From Planctomycetota bacterium (GTDB lineage Bacteria > Planctomycetota > B15-G4): 64,000 nucleotides of DNA. Shown here piece by piece: positions 39,503-48,819 of the stretch (positions within the stretch are counted from its first letter, which is position 1; every line of letters begins with the position of its first letter). The stretch spans positions 64,001-128,000 of the forward strand of contig JBBQUR010000013.1 in the NCBI GenBank assembly GCA_038212275.1, read 5' to 3'. Under the pieces are notes generated by a model. That model did no database searches. It saw only the letters and a list, made by a program, of their open reading frames with translations, and was not told the DNA's origin. Made by a program: the position numbers and the translations under genes.

Positions 39503-40426
39503 ATGTCTCAACCCGCCGTCGATCAGGACTGGCGCACGCACGTGCCGCGCACGAGGCCCTTCACCTCCGTGCTCATGTGCCCGCCCGAGCACTTCGAGGT
39601 CATCGACGAGAAGAACGCGTTCATGACCGGGCAGGTCGGCGCGGTGAATCGCGCGCGCGCCGGCAAGCAGTGGCAGGCGCTCGCGGACGCCTATCGCTCG
39701 CTGGGGGTGACGGTGCACGTCCTGCCCGCGGCGCGCGGACGCGAAGACATGGTCTTCACGGCGAATCCCGCACTCGTGCTGCCGGCCACGCAGGCATCCG
39801 ATGCGAACTCCGGGGCCGAGCCCGCGGCGTCCGTCGTGATGTCGCGGATGAACCATGAAAGCAGGCAGGCCGAGGTCGCACCTCTGCAGGCGTGGCTCCG
39901 GCGTGCCGGACTGGAGCCGCTTTCCCTGCCAGCGGGATGCGGGCACCTCGAGGGTCACGGCGATGTGCTCGTCGTGCCCGGGCGCCGGCTGCTGCTCGGC
40001 GGCTTCGGCGGGCGCAGCGATCCGGCCGCCCTCGCCGCAGCGGCCGAGCTTCTCGACGCGCCACTCGTGCCGCTCGCGCTGCGCGGCCAGCCCTTCTACC
40101 ACCTGGACACCTGCCTGGCCGTCCTCGACGAGAACACGCTGTTGCTGCATCCGCCCGCGTTTCACGCCGAAGCGCTGACCACGCTGGCCGCGCTTTTCCC
40201 GCGTTGCATCGAGGCCGACGCTGCCGAGGCGTCCGCGCAGTTCGCCTGCAATGCGCACGCGCTCCGCGACGGCCATGTGCTCGTTCCGGCCGGTGCCCGA
40301 CGCACCGCCGCCGCGCTCCGGGCTGCCGGCTATCGGCCGGTGCCCGTGGACGTGTCGGAATTCCACAAGTCCGGCGGCTCGATCTTCTGTCTCAAGCTCG
40401 AGTTGCCGGACCTGCCGGCGGCTTGA
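39503..40426 (+). CDS. Amidinotransferase / dimethylarginine dimethylaminohydrolase family protein
   Basis: LMCPP, DMVFTAN, LEGHGD, YHLDT and KSGGSIFCL (pentein Asp/His/Cys set). Confidence 0.9.
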   Translation: MSQPAVDQDWRTHVPRTRPFTSVLMCPPEHFEVIDEKNAFMTGQVGAVNRARAGKQWQALADAYRSLGVTVHVLPAARGREDMVFTANPALVLPATQASDANSGAEPAASVVMSRMNHESRQAEVAPLQAWLRRAGLEPLSLPAGCGHLEGHGDVLVVPGRRLLLGGFGGRSDPAALAAAAELLDAPLVPLALRGQPFYHLDTCLAVLDENTLLLHPPAFHAEALTTLAALFPRCIEADAAEASAQFACNAHALRDGHVLVPAGARRTAAALRAAGYRPVPVDVSEFHKSGGSIFCLKLELPDLPAA

Positions 40427-40922
40427 GCTCCATCGCGCAGTCGACGACGCCACCCGTCAGCAGGCGCAGGCCGTGCACGAGCGCGGGCAGCACCGCGGCG
40501 AGGCACTCGCGAGCGCCCGCCGGACTGCCGGGCAGATTCACGACGAGGCTGCTGCCGACCGTGCCTGCCGTGGCCCGTGAGAGCGCGGCCGTCGGCACGG
40601 CGGCCAGCGATGCGGCGCGCATCGCCTCGCCGAGACCGGGGATCTCGCGCTGCAGCACCTGCCTCGTCGCTTCCGGAGTCACGTCGCGCGGCCCGATGCC
40701 CGTGCCGCCGCTGGTCAGCACGAGGTCCGCTTCCGCGCAGGCCGCACGCAATGCCGTCACCAGCGAGGCCTGATCATCGGGCACCGCCACGACGCCCCCC
40801 AGTTCGATGCCGACCGAAGCGAGGACAGTCGCCACTCCGGAAGCCGTCCGATCCTCGCGCTCGCCGCGCGACACGCGATCGCTGGCCAGGATCAGCCGGG
40901 CCCGGACGGGTCGGGAGGTCAC
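40392..40922 (-). CDS. mog: MogA/MoaB molybdopterin adenylyltransferase family
   Basis: ASDR, VPDD, TSGGTGIGPRDVTPEAT and NLPGSP. Confidence 0.92.
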   Translation of the reverse strand: MTSRPVRARLILASDRVSRGEREDRTASGVATVLASVGIELGGVVAVPDDQASLVTALRAACAEADLVLTSGGTGIGPRDVTPEATRQVLQREIPGLGEAMRAASLAAVPTAALSRATAGTVGSSLVVNLPGSPAGARECLAAVLPALVHGLRLLTGGVVDCAMELKPPAGPATRA

Positions 40923-41395
40923 GGCGCCTTCCAGTCGCCGCTGCGACCACCGGACTTGGTGAGCAGGCGCAGGTCCGTGACCACGATGGTCTTCTCGACG
41001 GCCTTCAGCATGTCCACCAGCGTCAGCGCCGCGATCGCCGCCGCCGTGAAGGCTTCCATTTCCACGCCGGTGCGCCAGGTCGTGGCGACGCGCGCCTCGA
41101 TCCTCAGCACGTCTTCCCCCTCGGGAGCGATCTGGACATCGATGGCATCCAGAGGCAGCGGATGGCAGAGCGGAATGAGCTCTGCGGTGCGCTTCGCGGC
41201 GCCGATGCCGGCCAATCGAGCGACCTCGATCACCGGCCCCTTGGGACCGAGCCCCGCGAGCGCCAGTGCGCGTGTGGCGGGCAGCATGCGCACCCTGGCG
41301 CCGGCGACGGCCACTCGCGCCGTCATGGGCTTGCTGCCCACATCCACCATGCGGCCCCGACCGAATTCATCGAGATGAGAGAGCGCGGCGTCCAT
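40919..41395 (-). CDS. moaC: Cyclic pyranopterin monophosphate synthase
   Basis: LSHLD..G..MVDV, LIPLCHP, TGVEMEA and DMLKAV. Confidence 0.96.
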   Translation of the reverse strand: MDAALSHLDEFGRGRMVDVGSKPMTARVAVAGARVRMLPATRALALAGLGPKGPVIEVARLAGIGAAKRTAELIPLCHPLPLDAIDVQIAPEGEDVLRIEARVATTWRTGVEMEAFTAAAIAALTLVDMLKAVEKTIVVTDLRLLTKSGGRSGDWKAP

Positions 41396-41403
41396 GGGCA
41401 CGC

Positions 41404-41457
41404 CATGATAGCGCCCCGACTGCGCGCGCAACCGGGAGCTCGAGCGCGGCTATCATG
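41404..41457. promoter_or_regulatory. Putative bidirectional promoter (mirror TATCAT -10 boxes) between moaC and the S41 protease gene
   Basis: Inverted pair catgatagc (41404-41412) and gctatcatg (41449-41457). Confidence 0.45.
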
Positions 41458-41521
41458 CGAACCCCACAGGCCAACACGCCTCCCGACCGACAAGTAGCTA
41501 CCGCCTCCGCCGGAGTCCTCC

Positions 41522-43867
41522 ATGCTTGCGCTGCTTCTTGCTGCCCTGATGTCCCTCAACCTGGCGCAAACGGGCGACCTCTCGACCCGGATCGAGAGTC
41601 TGCTGAGCCAGCTCGAGAGCAGTCAGGGAGCTGCCACCTGGGACCTGGCCCGCGAGCTCGACGACACCGCCCGCGAGGATTCCATCGCCGCCGCGCCCCT
41701 TCTCGTGAAGGCCGCGGCGGGAAGCTCCGAGGCGGTCCGCGTGATCATCGGGGAGACGCTGGTCAGCCTGTCCGCGCCGGATGCAGCCGCCGTGGTCCTC
41801 ATGCCGCTGGTCGGCGGGCCGCACTCGCGCGAGGCGCTGGCCGTGCTTGCGGACAGGAGCTTCCAGTCCGTGCCCGAGGTCGGCGATCGGCTGGCTGAGC
41901 GCCTCGCGCAGCCGCTGCCGGCCGAGGAACGCATCGAGCTGGCGCAGACCGTCTACATGGCCAGCAGCATCGCGACCCGCCAGCAGGCCCGCGGCGTGCT
42001 GCTCGATGCGCTGGAGAGCGATGACGCGGACACGCGCGCGCTCGCGGCCTTCGCGCTGGCCGAACTGAAGGAATACCCGGTGGCGCGGCCCGTGCTCAGG
42101 ACGCTGCAGTCCGACCCCGGGCCTCGCGGCCAGCTCGCACGTGCCTACCTCGCGGCCGACACCGCGATCGAGTACTACGCCTCCCGGCAGAACCGGCAGG
42201 TCGACCAGGTGTCGACGCGTGCCAACCCCGAGAGCACCTCCGCCAGCAAGGGCGGCGGCGGCGAGGGCACGCTCGACGTGCTCGATGAACTCATCAGCCG
42301 CGTCCAGGCCAACCACCTCATGGGTGAGCAGCTTCAGGGCGCCAAGGGGCGCGAGTTCCTCATCACGGCGGCGGCCAAGGGCATGCTCGCGGCGCTCGAC
42401 CCGCACTCCACTTACTTCAGCAGCAAGGAATACGAGCGCTGGATTCTCGACCTGCGCCGCAACTACGCGGGCATCGGCGCCTACGTCGACACCATCGAGG
42501 GCGACTTCACGATCACGCGCCCCATCTACAGCGGTCCGGCCTACAAGGCAGGCCTGCTCTCGGGCGACCGCATCTACAAGGTGGACGGCTGGGATACCCA
42601 CGACCAGTCCAACGACGAGATCATCAAGCGCCTCAAGGGCGAGCCCGGCACCGAGGTGAAGATCTCCGTGCTGCGCAACGGCTGGTCCGAACTGCGCGAC
42701 TACGTCATCAACCGACAGGTCATCCACATCGACAGCGTGACCTACGAGATGCTGCCGGGAAACATCGGCTACGCCGACGTCGGCGCGTTCGCGGAGAACA
42801 CCAGCATCGAGCTTCACGACGCGCTGGTCGAACTGCGCAAGCAGGGCATGCGCGGCATGATTCTCGACCTGCGCAACAACTCCGGCGGCTATCTCGAGGA
42901 ATCCGTGAAGGTCGCCTCGCTCTTCCTGCAGCCGGGCACTCTGGTGGTCTACACCGAGGGCCGCGCCGCGAAGCACGTCGAGTACCAGGCGGTGCAGGTG
43001 AAGGGCCGCTGGGACGGTCCGCTCGTGGTGCTGGTCAACGAGCGCAGCGCGAGTGCCAGCGAGATCGTCTCCGGCGCCTTGCAGGACACGCATCGCGCCA
43101 CGCTCGTCGGTGAGCGCACCTTCGGCAAGGGTTCGGTGCAGCAGGCCATGCCGCTCGACACGCGCCCCGGCGACCGGCTCCTCACCGACCAGAACTACAA
43201 CGGCGTCTATGACCCCGGCGACGAGTACGAGGACCTCGACAAGAACGGCCAGTACACCTATCCGGTGAGCGTGAAGATCACCAACGCGCGCTACTACCTG
43301 CCGTCCGGGCGCTCGATCCACACCGAGCTCGACCTCGATGGCAAGGTCGTCAAGGAAGGCGGCGTGGTCCCGGACAAGGAGATCGCGTTCAAGGGCCTGC
43401 AGCCGTGGGAGAACAACGAGATCGCGCAACTCTACGACGCGCTCATCAAGGCCGTGCCCGAAGGCGAGAAGTTCAAGGACCCGTTCCAGAAGTACGTGGA
43501 CGAGCACTTCGACGCGAACCCCGCCCTCTTCAACGCCCTCGCACGCGGCGACGGCAAGGACGACATGCGCTACCCGGACTTCGATGCGTTGCGCACGAGC
43601 CTCGCCGACAGTCACCTTCCCGACGAGACGCTGCGCCGCCTGCTGCGCGCGCGCATCCGCGATCGCGTGGCCGACGACCGCGGCCGCCCGTTCCCGGGCG
43701 GCTTCCTCTTCGGCGACTGGCAGGAAGACAACCAGTTGCAGGAGGCGATCCGCATCGTCGCTCACGAAGCATCGCTGAACCTCGACGAGATCGAGGGCTA
43801 CGCGCCCTTCGCGAAGGATCTCGCTGTGGAGACCAAGCCGGACAAGGCGGCGGCGTTGCCGCGCTGA
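41522..43867 (+). CDS. S41 family C-terminal processing protease with N-terminal HEAT-like repeats and PDZ domain
   Basis: Signal peptide, LDPHSTY, PDZ (GIGA, PAYKAGL), ILDLRNNSGG, SASASE (catalytic Ser), TFGKGSVQ (catalytic Lys) and ARYYLPSGRSI. Confidence 0.95.
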   Translation: MLALLLAALMSLNLAQTGDLSTRIESLLSQLESSQGAATWDLARELDDTAREDSIAAAPLLVKAAAGSSEAVRVIIGETLVSLSAPDAAAVVLMPLVGGPHSREALAVLADRSFQSVPEVGDRLAERLAQPLPAEERIELAQTVYMASSIATRQQARGVLLDALESDDADTRALAAFALAELKEYPVARPVLRTLQSDPGPRGQLARAYLAADTAIEYYASRQNRQVDQVSTRANPESTSASKGGGGEGTLDVLDELISRVQANHLMGEQLQGAKGREFLITAAAKGMLAALDPHSTYFSSKEYERWILDLRRNYAGIGAYVDTIEGDFTITRPIYSGPAYKAGLLSGDRIYKVDGWDTHDQSNDEIIKRLKGEPGTEVKISVLRNGWSELRDYVINRQVIHIDSVTYEMLPGNIGYADVGAFAENTSIELHDALVELRKQGMRGMILDLRNNSGGYLEESVKVASLFLQPGTLVVYTEGRAAKHVEYQAVQVKGRWDGPLVVLVNERSASASEIVSGALQDTHRATLVGERTFGKGSVQQAMPLDTRPGDRLLTDQNYNGVYDPGDEYEDLDKNGQYTYPVSVKITNARYYLPSGRSIHTELDLDGKVVKEGGVVPDKEIAFKGLQPWENNEIAQLYDALIKAVPEGEKFKDPFQKYVDEHFDANPALFNALARGDGKDDMRYPDFDALRTSLADSHLPDETLRRLLRARIRDRVADDRGRPFPGGFLFGDWQEDNQLQEAIRIVAHEASLNLDEIEGYAPFAKDLAVETKPDKAAALPR

Positions 43868-43952
43868 GGGACGGTCGCGCTTGGGGCGCGGCTTCGCTTG
43901 GCCGGGGGCTGCCCTTGGGGGCGAGATGTGCGGGAGTCGCGTGGCACGGGGA

Positions 43953-44087
43953 GTGCGCGGGGCGGGAGGGTTGTCCGGCGCTGCGCCCGTGGGGCAACAG
44001 GACGCGCCATAATTTCGGGAGCGGCGCCCTTCGCGCCGGACAAACCTCCCGTCCCGCGCACACGCCGAGACACGGGGTTCCGTGCCA
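43953..44087 (+). repeat. Left arm of a 135-bp inverted repeat; internally palindromic
   Basis: Ungapped match to the reverse complement of 44665-44799 (19 mismatches in 135 nt by hand alignment); internal stem 43953-43980 pairs with 44034-44061. Confidence 0.92.
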
Positions 44088-44228
44088 TGCGGGGGTGGGG
44101 CAGGTCCCGGCGGGCGCTTCGCTGCGCCTCACGCGTGGGGTCTTGGGGGAACGCATTCTCCGCAATGAGATGGTGATGGACTCGGCAGGCGGTCGGGCAT
44201 CGCTTGAGCGGGGATGGGGAAATTGCGG

Positions 44229-44412
44229 TGCTCGGCGCGTGATGCTCAAGTGCGGAATGCTCAGCACGCAATGATCAGAACGCAATGATCAAGCGGGCAA
44301 TGTTCGGCGTGCACGGCGCAGCCTGGGATTCTCGGCGCGTGACGCTCAGCACGGGATGTTGAGCGCGTGCCTCTCGACGCGTACTTCCCAGCAAGTGCTG
44401 CTCAGCGCAGGA
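44229..44412. repeat. Degenerate 14-bp tandem array, about 13 units (approximate consensus TGCTCAGCRCGSRA)
   Basis: Units include tgctcggcgcgtga, tgctcagcacgcaa, tgatcagaacgcaa, ttctcggcgcgtga, cgctcagcacggga and tgctcagcgcagga, in 14-15 nt register. Confidence 0.7.
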
Positions 44413-44664
44413 TGAACTGACGGGCGGCAGGCACAGAGGACGTGTCACGCAGTGGCGGAGACGGAACGCGTCGGCTGAAACGATTCGCAGTTCGGCAGCA
44501 CACGACTTCGCAGCGCTCACGCTCCGGCGGCCGGCCGTCATTCGTCTCGGCCACCGCTCCGCCCGAGACACCGGCCAGGCGCGCTCGCCGTCCGGATGTT
44601 CAACCTCTGCGGGCGTGACACGGCGTCGTGGAGCGCGAGCGCCGGCGGTGCTGACCGCCTCGCC

Positions 44665-44799
44665 TGGCACGGAAAAACGCGCCTCGGCGTGTGCGCGGGC
44701 CGGGCGGGTTGTCCGGCGCGTAGGGCGCCGCTCCCGGAACCGTGACGCGTCCATCCGCCCCACGGGCGCAGCGCCGGACAATCCTCCCGCCCCGCGCAC
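44665..44799 (-). repeat. Right arm of the 135-bp inverted repeat; internally palindromic
   Basis: Reverse complement of the left arm; enclosed by an additional stem ggtgctgaccgc/gcggtcagcacc. Confidence 0.92.
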
Positions 44800-44877
44800 C
44801 CCCCGCCCCAAGCGACGCACCTTCTCCCGCGCCCCCCGCGCGGTCAGCACCCCCGGCGCGGAAGCAGAACAAAGCCG

Positions 44878-47800
44878 TCAAAACCTGCTCCGCCCCGCCT
44901 CCCGTTTCAGCATCAGCACCTGCACATCCGGATCCACCAGCACCTCGGTCGGCTCGAAGTCGCAAGTCAGCACGATCGACCCGGACTGACCCGGCGCGAG
45001 GCGCACGGCGGTCCGCACCTCGCGGTAGTCGTCCTCGGGATCGGCCGCAGTCTTCGTGTCGCCCGGCGCGGTGTCGTCGTCCGGAAAACGCGTGCCGCGC
45101 ACGGCGGCCACGTCGATCGTCGGGCTGCCGCTGCCGGCGTTGGTCAGTTGGCACGTGACCTGCCACCGGCCCGTGGCGCCAGGGAGCGGCGTGCGGACGG
45201 CGTCGGTGATGCGGTACTCGGGTACATCGGTGCCGAGGATCCAGCTCGCGGCAAAGGCGTCGAAGGCCGGCTTGTCCGCGGCGAACGGGCGCAGGCTGTC
45301 GAGCAGGTCCTCCATCACGGGATGGTCGGGACCCGCGCTCCAGTGCTCGATGAAGGCGCGCAGCCCGGCGAACATCTCCTGTCGCCCCATCTGCCGGCTC
45401 AGCATCCAGAGCACGAGGCCGCCGCGGTCGTAGATGACGGAGGTGTCGCCGGCGCGCGAGCCGTCCACGCGTGCGAGCGAGCGCTCGTCGTCCTTCTGGC
45501 GGCTGTTGGCGTAGCGCGTCTCGAGCCGCTTGGCGAACTCGAGGCGATCGCGCTCGCCCTTCACCGCGTCGAGCAGCATGAGCGCGGAGAAATGCGACAT
45601 GCCTTCCGCGAGCACCGCACCGCCAGGCGCCTTGCCCGGCACGAGGATGTTGCCCCACCACTGGTGCGCCGACTCGTGCGCCGTCACGGCGAAGGCCGCC
45701 GCCGAGCGCGGGTCGTCGTCGTTCAGGAAGCCGATGCCCTCGGAGAAGGTGATGTTGGTCGGGAAGCCCTGCGCGTAGCCGGCGAGCGCCGGGAATTCGC
45801 TGAGTTTCAGCTCCTGCCAGGGATAGGCGCCGAACCACTCGGAGTAGAGGCGGCGAGCGGCATCGAGCGCCGCGCCCATCGTCTCGATGTTGAAGGGATG
45901 TCCAGGGTCGTAATAGATCACCGTGCCGTCGCCGCGCCGCTCGGCCCAGCGGCCGCACACGATGTTGAAGAAGTGCACCGGGTGATCGCTCACCCACTCG
46001 GTCGTGCGCAGGCCAGTCGCCTCGTCCACGGTGTCGGCCGTCCGCGTGCCGACGGAATTGAGCGTGTAGTCCTGCGGGCCGCGCAGCGTGATGCGCGTCG
46101 TGAACGGCACGCCGTAGCCGAGCGCCGGCTCCAGCACGCCGTCGCGGTAACCCTCGGGATACTCGCGTGCATCGGAGGCGTTGTCCTTGTCCACGCCGCG
46201 GCCTTCCATGAAGCCGATGACGGGCGCGAAGCTGGTGCCGAAGCAGGTGAGCACCACGCCGGAGGGCAGGATGAACTCGCTGGCGCCGGCGCCGTTCTCC
46301 GAGATGCCGCGCGGGAAGGTGCCGGCGTAGCGGAAGCCGAGACGCACGCTCGCGCCGGGCGCGAGCGGCTCGGTCGGCTGCACCAGCCAGAGCTGCGCGG
46401 AGTCCTTGACCTTGATGGGACGCCCGTCGAGAGTCCACTGCGGGCCGTCCGTCGCGGCGGTGTCGGCGGCATTCACGACGGCGTCCGCCGCGACTGCTGA
46501 GGTAGCGGTGCCGGTGTCGGCGGAGGGCGTTGCGTCCGGCGCGGCGCCGAGCAGTGGCACGGCGACGTCGGGGCGCGTCGCGGGAGGAGCCACCCAGTCA
46601 CCCGCGCTGATGGGCAGCGTGGCCAGCGGCAGGTCGGTGCGATTCACCAGCAGGTAGCTGCCGGACACGGCGAACCAGCGGCGCGACGGGTCGAGGTCCA
46701 CGAACAGCTCCATGTCCGCGAGCGCGGGCACGGGGCTGTCCTTCCAGGTCTGCACGTTCTTGCGCCAGTAGTCCTTGTCCTGCTTCTGCGCGACGTCGCC
46801 CTGGTAGCCCTGCGCCACGAGGTGCCAGAGCCAGGCACCCGACGCGATCGGCACGATCATCCACGGCAGCATGACCGCGAGGCCGCGCAGCAATCGCAGC
46901 GGCGCGAAGCGTTCGACGACCTGCGCCGCATCGCCGGCGCGGCGCGCATGCCAGCGCACGGCCAGCCGCATGCACAGCGCCGCGAGGCCGAGCACGAAGA
47001 TCCGGTTCCACAGCAGGGCGCGGCCGTCGAGCTCGAAGGAGCCGAGGTCGCTCCAGTGCGTCGCACCCCACAGATACCAGTTGCCGACCCAGTTCATGTG
47101 GCCGCTGGCCTGCGCGTAGCCGGAGGCTCCGAGCGCCGCGAGGCCGATCGCATAGGTCGTGTAGCGGCTCTTCACGAGCACGTAGATCAGGGTGACGAAA
47201 GCGCTCCACAGCAGCAGCGTCGGCAGCAGCAGTCCCCAGAGCTGCACGAAGGGAAGCAGCGAGACGGGCACGCTGCCCTGCGCCAGCAGCACGCCGAGGC
47301 ACGTGAGCAGGGTGGCCGCGAGCACGACGATCACCACGAGCCCGTTCGCCACGCACTTGCCCAGCAGGACCGATGCGGTGGACACGCCGGCGCCGTCCAC
47401 GATGGGCAGCAGCCCGGTGCGCCGTTCCCGCTGCAGCGATTCGGTGTTGTAGAAGAGCAGCAGCAGGCAGAGCAGCAGCACCAGCGTGTTCATCGCGCCC
47501 GACGCGAGCAGTCCGGGCGTCGAGAGCATGGCCGTGTCGAAGGGGCCGACGGCGGAGAGCGCGCCGCCCAGCGTCTGCAGCACGATGAGCGGCACGAAGA
47601 GATACAGGCCGGCCTGACTGGCCAGTTCGCGCAGCTCGACGCGCGCGACGCTGACGAAGCCCTCCCACCAGGTCGGGGGCTCGGTGCGCATGAACAGCGC
47701 GGCGAGCGGCCGTGCCTCGGTGCGTGCCTGGCTCACGGCGCGCGCGGCGTGCCGTGCGCTCGAGCTGCCGGCGCCGAAGCGGCTGCTGTCGCCTGCGGGC

Positions 47801-48819
47801 CTGCCTGCGGCGGCGGCGATCGTCGCGGCCCCGTCGCCGGACAGCGCACCATGCGCCGACGTGCCATGCGCCGACGTGCCGAGCGCCGGCGTGCCGAGCC
47901 CCGACGTGCCGAGCGCCGGAGCCGCGGCGCTGCGAGCCGGCAGCGACGCAAGCGACGGACCGCGCTCGCCGCGCAGCGTGCTCTGGAAATGGCGTTTCGC
48001 GAACACGACGCCCAGCAGCCCGATGAGCACCAGCGCGACGCGGCTCGCGACGAAAGCCCCGTCGTAGAGCACGGGCTCGGAGTTGTAGAAGTCCACGCCG
48101 CGATCGACGCTGAGCCAGGTCTCGCGGATCCAGCGCACGCCGGCCGGATCGATGAGCATGAGCGCGTGGTTGATGCGCGCGTCCAGCCAGCTCGGATTCC
48201 AGAACCAGAGGAAGAAGGAGCACAGCAGCAGCAGCGTGACCGGCAACACGAAGACGAGGATCGGGCGCCTGCTGCGCTCGCCGACCCAGAATGCCGTCCC
48301 TGCGAGGAAGACGATGCCCGGAAGCCCGAGCAGCAGCGCCGGCCGCAGGTAGTTCATCAGCTCGAACGGGCCGCGGAACTCCGCGACGGAGGCGCTCGCC
48401 GGAGCGTGATAGAAGGCCATGCACGCCAGCAGGTGCAGCCCGAGCACGAGCACGAACGCGGCCAGCACGGCGAGGAACTTGCCCCAGATGTACTCCGAGG
48501 GCCGCAGCGGCGTGCTGTGCAGCACCTCGCCGACCTTCAGCTCGTCGTCCTGAATCACGGCCATGCCGGCGGCGACGGCGACGAAGAAGGCATAGAAGAT
48601 GAAGATCACCACCGAGAGCATCTGTGCGATGGCGAACTCGGAGGTGATGAAGGCCTTGGTGCCGCCGACGTCGCTGCTGCCGGTGGCAATGCGCGCGCTG
48701 CCCGTCGACAGGCCCCACGTCAGCAGCACGAGCACGAGCACGAGCACCCAGATCAGCGGCCGCCTGCCGGCGTGCCGGAAATCCTGGGCGAAGACGGCGC
48801 GCACACGGGCGCCGTTCAC
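44878..48819 (-). CDS. ABC-2 permease / M1 (gluzincin) aminopeptidase fusion protein
   Basis: Two blocks of TM helices followed by an M1 domain with HESAHQWW...EGMS (HExxH-x18-E) and YDRG. Confidence 0.92.
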   Translation of the reverse strand: MNGARVRAVFAQDFRHAGRRPLIWVLVLVLVLLTWGLSTGSARIATGSSDVGGTKAFITSEFAIAQMLSVVIFIFYAFFVAVAAGMAVIQDDELKVGEVLHSTPLRPSEYIWGKFLAVLAAFVLVLGLHLLACMAFYHAPASASVAEFRGPFELMNYLRPALLLGLPGIVFLAGTAFWVGERSRRPILVFVLPVTLLLLCSFFLWFWNPSWLDARINHALMLIDPAGVRWIRETWLSVDRGVDFYNSEPVLYDGAFVASRVALVLIGLLGVVFAKRHFQSTLRGERGPSLASLPARSAAAPALGTSGLGTPALGTSAHGTSAHGALSGDGAATIAAAAGRPAGDSSRFGAGSSSARHAARAVSQARTEARPLAALFMRTEPPTWWEGFVSVARVELRELASQAGLYLFVPLIVLQTLGGALSAVGPFDTAMLSTPGLLASGAMNTLVLLLCLLLLFYNTESLQRERRTGLLPIVDGAGVSTASVLLGKCVANGLVVIVVLAATLLTCLGVLLAQGSVPVSLLPFVQLWGLLLPTLLLWSAFVTLIYVLVKSRYTTYAIGLAALGASGYAQASGHMNWVGNWYLWGATHWSDLGSFELDGRALLWNRIFVLGLAALCMRLAVRWHARRAGDAAQVVERFAPLRLLRGLAVMLPWMIVPIASGAWLWHLVAQGYQGDVAQKQDKDYWRKNVQTWKDSPVPALADMELFVDLDPSRRWFAVSGSYLLVNRTDLPLATLPISAGDWVAPPATRPDVAVPLLGAAPDATPSADTGTATSAVAADAVVNAADTAATDGPQWTLDGRPIKVKDSAQLWLVQPTEPLAPGASVRLGFRYAGTFPRGISENGAGASEFILPSGVVLTCFGTSFAPVIGFMEGRGVDKDNASDAREYPEGYRDGVLEPALGYGVPFTTRITLRGPQDYTLNSVGTRTADTVDEATGLRTTEWVSDHPVHFFNIVCGRWAERRGDGTVIYYDPGHPFNIETMGAALDAARRLYSEWFGAYPWQELKLSEFPALAGYAQGFPTNITFSEGIGFLNDDDPRSAAAFAVTAHESAHQWWGNILVPGKAPGGAVLAEGMSHFSALMLLDAVKGERDRLEFAKRLETRYANSRQKDDERSLARVDGSRAGDTSVIYDRGGLVLWMLSRQMGRQEMFAGLRAFIEHWSAGPDHPVMEDLLDSLRPFAADKPAFDAFAASWILGTDVPEYRITDAVRTPLPGATGRWQVTCQLTNAGSGSPTIDVAAVRGTRFPDDDTAPGDTKTAADPEDDYREVRTAVRLAPGQSGSIVLTCDFEPTEVLVDPDVQVLMLKREAGRSRF
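47851..47910. repeat. 15-bp tandem repeat x4 in the permease linker (GTSGL/GTPAL/GTSAH)
   Basis: atgcgccgacgtgcc x2, gagcgccggcgtgcc and gagccccgacgtgcc. Confidence 0.85.

Noticed and set aside
44229..44412. Possible CRISPR array
   Set aside because: The units are 14 bp, contiguous and degenerate, with no unique spacers and no cas genes in the window.
43798..44989. ORFs inside the 1-kb intergenic element as a possible transposase
   Set aside because: The translations are low-complexity Arg/Ala/Pro with no DDE, HUH or recombinase motifs.
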